Shown here: positions 35,809 through 43,255 of the stretch, in pieces
How positions within the stretch are numbered: position 1 is the first letter of the stretch
Layout: each line of letters opens with the position of its first letter
IMG/VR virus record: IMGVR_UViG_3300047558_000137
Span: 62,001-126,000 of that record
Strand: one strand, 5' to 3'
Length of the DNA: 64,000 bases
The notes under the pieces: model-generated
The model's input: only the letters and a program-made list of their open reading frames with translations
The model's database searches: none
What the model was told of the DNA's origin: nothing
Position numbers and translations under genes: made by a program

Positions 35809-36747
35809 TTAGATTTCTCTTTTTTCAATTGAGCCTAAAACTTGATGTGCCTTAACTGTTTTTAATGTGCCAGGTTTTTTAATTTCCAACCAACTAATAT
35901 TCGAACCATAGCTTTCATCATGCAATAGTTCAAATCCTAAACTCAAACATAATGGTACCAACAGGCTTTTTGGTAGATATGTTTGACTAAACTTTTCAGC
36001 CATACCTGCACCTGCAGGAGTATCGCCGTCGTTATAACTAAACAAGAACACGCCGCCGGGTCGCATTAATTCGTGTAATTGTTTTAGCATCTGTGTAACT
36101 GTATCAAAACTAACATAGTTAAAGAATCCCCAACTAAACACAAAGGCAAATTGATTTACTGGCAACGCAGATAAATTGTGATCAATCAGTTGATACTTGC
36201 GTAAACGTGCTTGATATACAGGCGGAAAACGATCGTTTGTACTATTTAGAAATTCAATATGCCTATCAGTTATGTATAACGGATCGCCTGCTACTAGATG
36301 CTGTGTCCATTCTCCATCTCTACAACCAATTTCTAATACAGGGTATTTCCAATCAGTATATCTTGCAATTTTTTGTCGAATAATAACTTCTAAGTCTGCG
36401 GTTACTTCAAGACGACGATTGTTCCTAACTTGCTCTACACTACCAACTCTTTCTTCAAGTTCATAATTGTTAGCAAACAGTTCTCGGGTCTTTAATAGTA
36501 TTCTACTGTCAATTGAATTTACGTGATCGTCTACACTTTTAAGTGTTTGATCTATACGTAGAAGAATTTGTTCGTAGTCTTTAACTAAAGTTAAAATAGC
36601 ATTCTTATACTCTGGGCGAGTGTCGGGGATTTCATCAATGATGCCTTGAAGTTTACTTTTAACATCATTAATGTTATCCACAGTGGGGCTTATATTAACT
36701 GCACTAGTTAATGATTGTTTTAACTTAGTTAAGTTATATAAGCTCAC
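35809..36747 (-). CDS. Class I SAM-dependent methyltransferase with N-terminal coiled coil
   Basis: VLEIGCRDGEW, FAFVFSWGFFNY, LMRPGGVFLFS. Confidence 0.8.
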   Translation of the reverse strand: MSLYNLTKLKQSLTSAVNISPTVDNINDVKSKLQGIIDEIPDTRPEYKNAILTLVKDYEQILLRIDQTLKSVDDHVNSIDSRILLKTRELFANNYELEERVGSVEQVRNNRRLEVTADLEVIIRQKIARYTDWKYPVLEIGCRDGEWTQHLVAGDPLYITDRHIEFLNSTNDRFPPVYQARLRKYQLIDHNLSALPVNQFAFVFSWGFFNYVSFDTVTQMLKQLHELMRPGGVFLFSYNDGDTPAGAGMAEKFSQTYLPKSLLVPLCLSLGFELLHDESYGSNISWLEIKKPGTLKTVKAHQVLGSIEKREI

Positions 36748-36748
36748 T

Positions 36749-39415
36749 TTAATCTTCCCAGCTGAATAGTGAGTCGAATGTGGTTTTAATATCAGTATTG
36801 CCGGGAATGTCCCAATCCAATACTCCTAATAGGTTTTCTACCTTTTGGTCTACGATTGTTGATTCCATTAGACCGTCATCAAACGGCAAGTCTTTGAACC
36901 ACTGTGGAATATGTAGTTCGTCTGTGGGATAACCGACGCTAGTATAACCTAGTGGATTATCACGTAGTTTACAGACAATGGTTTTCATACCATCAATGAT
37001 CTGCATACTGTAGTTGTCACCATGCATACGCTTTAGGTTGTTCCAGTTCATGGCTGCACGAACGTGCCCGGGCATGTTTGCTTTGCCCAATCTTGCTTCT
37101 TCAGCAGTATACTTGGTCAAGTTGTTTACACGCTTAGGTGTGCCCTTTTCCCATGCTGGACGATCTTTAAACAGTAATTTAAATTCACGTACTTTATCGT
37201 ATACGTGTTCTTTAGTACAACCTGTTAGAACATCTAGCAGTAGTTCACTTAAGAAGTCTTGTACAACCTTAGGTGTATCACTACGCTTTAGGTCAAGGCC
37301 CATGGCTTTTACTTTACCTGGCTTACCGTTGACATCAAGACGCTTGCCTTCCATATCGTAGATTAGCACAGCATAGCGTTTCTTCTTAATGAATAGTCCT
37401 TGTCCTGCAACAAGTTCTCGACCTGCGGCAATAATTGCGCCCATATCGCGTGGACAGTGGCAAGCACGTTCCATAAATGCAGGGAAAGATTCGTTTACTG
37501 CATCTGCAATAGTATCATAGAGCTGGATACAAATATCTTTGTTCCACTCCATCTTACCGGCTTCTACTTCTTCTTTGATGGCCGGCCACGCACTAAAGTA
37601 TACTGAGTCCGTGTCGCCGTAGATAATGCTTTCGCCAACATGGTCGTAGTTGCCCGTAATTGCCTCGTTAACGAAGCTGTCCATATGTTTGGCAATGATC
37701 CGCCCAGTGAGCGTTGTACTCTGCCCAATGCGCTGGTCAAAGAACCTGCACCCCGGATTAAGGATAGCCCCGTATAAGGAGTTGAGGTTAATTTTTTTGA
37801 CGAGCTGTCGCTTGTCCCAGAACGCAGTGTCTTCAGGAGTTTCTGCGGTCTTCTTTTTTGCTTGTAACTCTTTGCGCTCGGCATACCACCTTTCTAACAA
37901 TCCAGGCACAACGCCTTTCATGTCATATTTAAAAATTGTACCATTGGCACTTAGTGTCCACGGTTGGTTACTATCAAATAACATGTGCCAGACTTCTGCG
38001 GCACTGTGTATGGTACTAGTTCCAGACTCTTCCCAATCAACTGTAAGTTCTGTTCCTACTTCCATATTCATAACAGCTTGATACTCTAGTGTACCAAACA
38101 TGTTTTCCCAAGCATCTGCAAACGACGACCCTGCGGCCATTTTGTCTGCGATGTATTTGTCTGTCATGATTGTTCGGATTTGCCCAACAATCGTTTCTGG
38201 TCCCATGTTAAGGGCTCGAATAGTCGAGGGATAGAGCGAGTTGAGGTCGATGGCTCCAATGTCTCTGTGCATTCCTTTTTTGGGATAAGCAACATAGGCA
38301 CCTGCGGCTTGCGTGTTTTCTTGATCATCTCTATTTTTCCTATTTGGAACAATCATACCACGTTGGTGAGCTTCATTAATGATAGCCTGCTCTGTTACAG
38401 CAACCGCACCCATTGTGGTTTGTAACAACACCGTATTGTCATGAGCAAGTTCGTTAGCAAGATCTAGGAAACGTAGTTTCTTATCTAGTTTTGCTAACAG
38501 CATGGTATCTTGTCTGTTATAGTCAATGAACTTGGGAAAGTCCTTGTTATACAATTGGTCTAGAGTACCTTCGTAAGCAACCTTACGTTCATCTAGTTCA
38601 TACTCACCAATGGCATCCAAGCTATAACTATGTCGTTCCTCGTATGTATACTTGCGGTACAGTTGCATATAGTCCAAATGCACACGACCCAACAAGTCAA
38701 ACGTCAGTTGCTCTGCACCAAAACGTTCAAACATACGTTGTTTAGGTAATTGATTCCACAAGCATAGACGTCTAGTGTCGTCTTTACTCAACACCTTAGT
38801 AATACGCATTGTGGTATAGGGAATATCGAAACCTTCACTGTTCCAGCCAGATAATACATCAGCATCTTCAATTAGGTCAAGAAATGTATTGAGCATGTCT
38901 TCTTCACGCTCAAATAGGAAACAGTTTTCAAACTTACTACAGATTTCTTCTGCTGATTCCCACGAATAACTCTTGGGCGGAACAACCAGTGTAACTAGTT
39001 TGTCTAACCAGTCTAGGTAAACAGAAATAGCAGTAATTGCGTTAAATGGATCATCTGGTCGACTATAACCACGCACGGGATCAAAGTCGACCTCAATGTC
39101 AAAAAACGCTGCCTGTAGTTTAGGCGATTGGGCGCCTAGATAGTTTGTTTCAAGACAACGGAAAATGGGATTGATATCCGACTCCCATAGCCGTTTGTTT
39201 GAATTCATTTTAAGTTCTTTTTGATACTCTTTGTTGCTACGTGAGCTAAAGCGGCTCACTGGAGTACCGTAGATTGTGCGGAACTTACCGCGGGGGTCAT
39301 CATAATAAAAAATATAGTCCGCTGGATATTCGCGGTACTGTCTTTGACCATTTACACGCTCTACTACATGTATACGGTCTTTTTGCCTATCAAAGATAGC
39401 ATCAACGTAACTCAT
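36749..39415 (-). CDS. Family B DNA polymerase (T4 gp43-like)
   Basis: Exo FDIEVD, WNSEGFDIPY, YNRQD; pol DLNSLYPS, KINLNSLYG, YGDTDS, KKRY. Confidence 0.97.
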   Translation of the reverse strand: MSYVDAIFDRQKDRIHVVERVNGQRQYREYPADYIFYYDDPRGKFRTIYGTPVSRFSSRSNKEYQKELKMNSNKRLWESDINPIFRCLETNYLGAQSPKLQAAFFDIEVDFDPVRGYSRPDDPFNAITAISVYLDWLDKLVTLVVPPKSYSWESAEEICSKFENCFLFEREEDMLNTFLDLIEDADVLSGWNSEGFDIPYTTMRITKVLSKDDTRRLCLWNQLPKQRMFERFGAEQLTFDLLGRVHLDYMQLYRKYTYEERHSYSLDAIGEYELDERKVAYEGTLDQLYNKDFPKFIDYNRQDTMLLAKLDKKLRFLDLANELAHDNTVLLQTTMGAVAVTEQAIINEAHQRGMIVPNRKNRDDQENTQAAGAYVAYPKKGMHRDIGAIDLNSLYPSTIRALNMGPETIVGQIRTIMTDKYIADKMAAGSSFADAWENMFGTLEYQAVMNMEVGTELTVDWEESGTSTIHSAAEVWHMLFDSNQPWTLSANGTIFKYDMKGVVPGLLERWYAERKELQAKKKTAETPEDTAFWDKRQLVKKINLNSLYGAILNPGCRFFDQRIGQSTTLTGRIIAKHMDSFVNEAITGNYDHVGESIIYGDTDSVYFSAWPAIKEEVEAGKMEWNKDICIQLYDTIADAVNESFPAFMERACHCPRDMGAIIAAGRELVAGQGLFIKKKRYAVLIYDMEGKRLDVNGKPGKVKAMGLDLKRSDTPKVVQDFLSELLLDVLTGCTKEHVYDKVREFKLLFKDRPAWEKGTPKRVNNLTKYTAEEARLGKANMPGHVRAAMNWNNLKRMHGDNYSMQIIDGMKTIVCKLRDNPLGYTSVGYPTDELHIPQWFKDLPFDDGLMESTIVDQKVENLLGVLDWDIPGNTDIKTTFDSLFSWED

Positions 39416-39564
39416 AGGTTTTCACCTCGGATAGTTGCTACATCTTCATGGATATGGTGTTTAATTGCACATTCTCTAATGCATCCGTTTGGGAATACGC
39501 AGTCTTCGCACTGCTCACATTGTTCGATGGTGTCTTCATCCTCGAAATAATTTCGATTACTCAT
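39412..39564 (-). CDS. Small Cys/His-rich protein coupled to DNA polymerase (50 aa, not in the ORF track)
   Basis: AAGGAG SD; MSNRNYFEDEDTIEQCEQCEDCVFPNGCIRECAIKHHIH...; stop overlaps the pol ATG. Confidence 0.6.
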   Translation of the reverse strand: MSNRNYFEDEDTIEQCEQCEDCVFPNGCIRECAIKHHIHEDVATIRGENL

Positions 39565-39634
39565 AATTCTCCTTGTATAGTTTAAAGCCTATACGACTCT
39601 ACATGCCGCTTAATGTCCGGCGAGACAAAAGTAT

Positions 39635-39925
39635 TTATTGTAATAACATCCTAGCCAACGCAATACTATCAATTGACACTAATAGTAAGTAATTGGCCAG
39701 CATACCAAAACTTTTGCGGCTCCACGCACTCCATCCAAATATAGCGCATTGTGTAATAAACAATGGATAAAGGATCAGGAACGGTGGATTAGGTACAGTC
39801 AGCATCATTGTAAAACTACAGGCAATGCTTAACGCCCATGCGGTAATCTCAAGGAAGCAGCGAACAGGGTTACTGCGCCAATCTTCCTTGATCCAGTTTA
39901 CGGTATTGTAAAATAGTTCTATCAA
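39635..39925 (-). CDS. Small membrane protein
   Basis: 96 aa, about 3 hydrophobic helices. Confidence 0.65.
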   Translation of the reverse strand: MIELFYNTVNWIKEDWRSNPVRCFLEITAWALSIACSFTMMLTVPNPPFLILYPLFITQCAIFGWSAWSRKSFGMLANYLLLVSIDSIALARMLLQ

Positions 39926-40188
39926 AGTGTCTTGCCAACAGTTTCCAAGATGGTGTTTAGTTCATCATGATCACGGTTAGTTTCGCCTAGTTTAGCCTTA
40001 TGTGCAATTTTAATTGCCTTCTTTAATGTAGCTGGTTTAATTTCAAGTTCTTCTGCGATAGCTTTAATGGTATCGTTAAGACCTTCATTAAGTGTATCAA
40101 CTTCATGAAGTACTTGCATGCCTTCATTAATAAGTTGAGTAAGTTTAATTTTGGCATCGCCATTGAAACTGCGGTTATAGTCGCTCAT
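39922..40188 (-). CDS. T4 DsbA-like dsDNA-binding protein
   Basis: 88-aa helical protein with IK.IAEELEIKPATLKKAIK pattern; strong SD and promoter. Confidence 0.55.
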   Translation of the reverse strand: MSDYNRSFNGDAKIKLTQLINEGMQVLHEVDTLNEGLNDTIKAIAEELEIKPATLKKAIKIAHKAKLGETNRDHDELNTILETVGKTL

Positions 40189-40210
40189 GTTATCTCCTAT
40201 TAATAAATGT

Positions 40211-40239
40211 ATTGTATAGTGTTAGTCTTGGTAAATCAA
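40211..40239 (-). promoter_or_regulatory. Sigma70-type promoter
   Basis: TTGATT-N17-TACAAT, then AGGAG SD. Confidence 0.7.
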
Positions 40240-40752
40240 GTAAATTGATTGCCGAATTTGATTTTCTACCCGATTAATTGTACCATGGACGGCTTGGTAA
40301 CTGTTGTCCATAATATAACCGCTATTAGGTAAAAATGGCAGTGTTACTTCTCTTGAATTGATAATAAAAGTAGTGCCCTGATCTATATTGCCATCTAGGT
40401 ATATCTGTACAGTGGGCAATCTTGTAAAATCGTCAGCATGAAACGCACTGCGATATCCTGGTTGATCTCTCCATAGGAATATAGCAGGTGTTTTTGTTAA
40501 GGTAATGTTAGTTAGTTGACTTACTTTAGGTACAGTAGATGCAGCCCAATTGATTAAGTTGGCGAATTGATTATTTTCGTGTGTTACACAAAAACGATAT
40601 CGCATAGGCTCAAATCGTAGATCGTATATATTATCGTCAAGTGATAATATCTGTTTGTGTATACTATCCCACTGTTGATATGGGAAAAATTTTTCAACGT
40701 GCCAGATACCTGGCCCACGATCATTGATTTGCAACATAATATAAGTGCTCAC
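40222..40752 (-). CDS. 2OG-Fe(II) oxygenase-like protein
   Basis: FHADD (HxD), VQIYL, distal VHGT and R.S; start may be the ATG at 40737. Confidence 0.55.
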   Translation of the reverse strand: MSTYIMLQINDRGPGIWHVEKFFPYQQWDSIHKQILSLDDNIYDLRFEPMRYRFCVTHENNQFANLINWAASTVPKVSQLTNITLTKTPAIFLWRDQPGYRSAFHADDFTRLPTVQIYLDGNIDQGTTFIINSREVTLPFLPNSGYIMDNSYQAVHGTINRVENQIRQSIYLIYQD

Positions 40753-40840
40753 TTTCGAAAGTCTAGGATTCCCGGCCTATTCCTTCGCGCCAGCAGCCGG
40801 CGCACACAAGTAACCATAAGGTCCTAAGGTAGTGTGTTCT
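40751..40840 (-). ncRNA. Candidate structured RNA (family unassigned)
   Basis: GC-rich intergenic stretch with several stems and a possible pseudoknot (UAGGA/UCCUA). Confidence 0.35.
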
Positions 40841-40846
40841 GTTTAT

Positions 40847-41512
40847 TCATTTTTTCTTTGCGCGACCAGATTTCATGTTAGCCATCCAGTGTGCCAATTG
40901 GCCTCTTCGGCCACCTTGTTTGGCTATTTTGCGTAGACTTGATATGCTGCCTTTTGTTGGAACATTGTAACGCTTGCTGTCACCTTTATCTTCAGGATGG
41001 CGGCCATCGTGGAAGTTTTCTTTAAGATGTTCTTCGTCACGAGCCAATACAGCCTGCCCAATTCGCTCACATAACTGATTTAGTTTGGCATTATCGGTTT
41101 CGACTAGTTTGAACTTGTGTTGCCCATTATCTTGACTAGGATCCATATATCCACAGTAGACATAGTCAATCCCTAAATCTTCTAGTAGATCTGTGCAACT
41201 TTCATTGTAACGTAATTCCATACGTTGGTCACTACAAGGACTTAGCGTTGTAACTATAATGGATCCAGCGGGCAAGTCACCGTATTCTTTATTATAAGCA
41301 TCAATAGCTGTGCGTTCAGCATGGCACCAAAGTTCTGGATTGTCACTAACTAATGTGCCCAATCTTAGAACTCGTTGACCGTTAGGATCAACTACTGCGG
41401 CACCAACCCAACTGTGTTTTTCGTTGTCGTTGTCAACAATCATTTCGCAAAGGTCAACTAATACTTGATCTAAATCATTTTCTGCTGATTGAGTAAATTC
41501 GCTTAGTCTCAT
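40847..41512 (-). CDS. Zn-dependent deaminase-fold protein with capsid-targeting-like N-terminus and basic C-terminal module
   Basis: HAE...PC..C motif; MRLSEFTQSAE N-terminus; basic module after HLKE. Confidence 0.7.
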   Translation of the reverse strand: MRLSEFTQSAENDLDQVLVDLCEMIVDNDNEKHSWVGAAVVDPNGQRVLRLGTLVSDNPELWCHAERTAIDAYNKEYGDLPAGSIIVTTLSPCSDQRMELRYNESCTDLLEDLGIDYVYCGYMDPSQDNGQHKFKLVETDNAKLNQLCERIGQAVLARDEEHLKENFHDGRHPEDKGDSKRYNVPTKGSISSLRKIAKQGGRRGQLAHWMANMKSGRAKKK

Positions 41513-42144
41513 AGTATGTTCTTATAGTCTAGAAAATTGGCGTGACGATCTTGCAGTCCGCGCAAGGCAGGATTAATAAACTTAGTTACCAATGCAGTAT
41601 CGGCAAAGTTTTTAACGTTTGGTTTTACACGGGTGTTCCAGTACCATACTGCAATCTTTGCAGCCACATCGGGTCTGGCAGCTAGTTCTGGTTGTTGCTC
41701 TAATGGCAAACCTAACGCACGTCCGGCCATTTGATAATTAGCACGACCTGTAATTTGTATATAACCGCGACCATGATAACGTGCGCCATCACCGGGATGT
41801 GTGTTACCTAATATCCGAGCTTTGTCTGGAGAGTGCCGTGGATCGTATCTACGTGTGAAATACTGTGCGCCGCCAATTTCTTTCATACGACTAAAGTCGG
41901 CCGACTCGTGTTTAGTTTGTGCTAGAAATTGTGCTAACTCTACCCCACGTAGCCCATACTTCATTGCAGTCTTTTGTAATAGTATTTCTTTATCGGGATT
42001 ATTACTTAGAACATTGTATGAAGTTGGTGCCTTCATTCCCAAACCAGCTTGTGCAGCACCTGTTGCAGCCATGGCACCGGCACCTGCTAATCCACGCAGG
42101 AAACCTCTACGGTCCATTTCTGTAACAAATTCTGTTGCTCTCAT
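41509..42144 (-). CDS. GH19 lysozyme/chitinase-like hydrolase with CTS-like peptide followed by a Tat-like signal
   Basis: FLAQTKHESA, YHGRGYIQITGRANY, A.W(Y/F)W, T.(F)INP; N-terminus MRATEFVTE-MDRRGFL...AAQA. Confidence 0.85.
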   Translation of the reverse strand: MRATEFVTEMDRRGFLRGLAGAGAMAATGAAQAGLGMKAPTSYNVLSNNPDKEILLQKTAMKYGLRGVELAQFLAQTKHESADFSRMKEIGGAQYFTRRYDPRHSPDKARILGNTHPGDGARYHGRGYIQITGRANYQMAGRALGLPLEQQPELAARPDVAAKIAVWYWNTRVKPNVKNFADTALVTKFINPALRGLQDRHANFLDYKNIL

Positions 42145-42824
42145 TGCTTTAGGTGTTCGGGATTAGTTTGATTATAGTTACGCATGATAACGCCAGCTTC
42201 GGCGTTGGCTTCGTTTTCTTCTGGTGTACCTGTACCGCCTGCACCTGCTTCTAACCGGCCTTCACTATCTTGTTTGTAGTGTACAAGCTCGTGTGCAAGT
42301 GTACGCATGACATCCACAGGATGACGAGTGCCGACAACTAGCTTAATAGTTTTTTCATTTGGATTATATGTACCAAATGTAGTATCTTCAGGTTGATCTA
42401 AAAATACAATTTTAGGCAAATCCTGTAGTCCAAGCTCTTTGGCAACCCAAGGAATAAACTTCTTAACTAGTTCAACAGAAGATTGGTCTTCTGCATCCTC
42501 GCCTACATGCTTGAAGTATTGTACTTGACGTTCTCTTTTTTCTGCACCAGCATGACTAGGATATGTGCCCAAATTCTTGCCAGTGTGGCTTACTAGACGA
42601 TATCCGCCTTTTACTTTGCGAATGGTCTCGGCGATTTCTTGTAACTTTCTAACTGTTTGTGGTGTACAGACAATCTGTTTAATTTCAAAACTACTGTTAG
42701 GAAATTTAGTTTTAATGTTATTGTAGTCTAATAGAACCTCGGCCTCATCAGATGACTTGCTGATAGGCTGTCCGTCTTTATATAAGACGTACTCGGATTC
42801 GTTTAGAAAGTCTCTAGCTCTCAT
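42141..42824 (-). CDS. Modular virion-cargo-like protein with a zincin (HExxH) domain
   Basis: MRARDFLNE N-terminus; LAHELVHYKQ...ENEANA. Confidence 0.7.
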   Translation of the reverse strand: MRARDFLNESEYVLYKDGQPISKSSDEAEVLLDYNNIKTKFPNSSFEIKQIVCTPQTVRKLQEIAETIRKVKGGYRLVSHTGKNLGTYPSHAGAEKRERQVQYFKHVGEDAEDQSSVELVKKFIPWVAKELGLQDLPKIVFLDQPEDTTFGTYNPNEKTIKLVVGTRHPVDVMRTLAHELVHYKQDSEGRLEAGAGGTGTPEENEANAEAGVIMRNYNQTNPEHLKQ

Positions 42825-43255
42825 TTTAGGCTTGCACGTAGCATCCAGCTATGCTTTTCGTGTGCATCCATGCGTTCTGCTAGGAAGTTGCTGAAGCCAT
42901 GCTTACCGTGGATCTCTGCAATGTCGTAAGTCATCTTAAGAATAGTAACCATGTTGCGGCTGTCTTCTAACAATTCAGCAATCATCTGCTCAGGCGGCAA
43001 TACATCAGTCTCATCTTCGATACGACTTAACATGTTAAAACGACTGTTACTACCAGGAGCATACGCACCTAGAGCACGAATCTTTTCTGCAAAGTCGTCA
43101 ACGCTTCCGTAGACTTCTTCGTATATTGTACCAAACAAATCGTGTAGTTCTTTGAAGTTAATACCTTCTACGTTCCAGTGAAAGAACTGTGCTTTCAAAT
43201 AAAATGTAAACTCGCTAGCAAATGCTACTTTGGCTGCTTTATGTAATTCTTCCAT
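42821..43255 (-). CDS. dps: Dps-family ferritin-like protein
   Basis: FHWNVEG..F..LH.LF...YE.....DDFAEKIRALG, HEKHSWML. Confidence 0.9.
   Translation of the reverse strand: MEELHKAAKVAFASEFTFYLKAQFFHWNVEGINFKELHDLFGTIYEEVYGSVDDFAEKIRALGAYAPGSNSRFNMLSRIEDETDVLPPEQMIAELLEDSRNMVTILKMTYDIAEIHGKHGFSNFLAERMDAHEKHSWMLRASLK

Noticed and set aside
36749-39415. Intein or intron in DNA polymerase (also checked thyA and clpA)
   Set aside because: Motif spacing and lengths are normal, with no intein or homing-endonuclease signatures.
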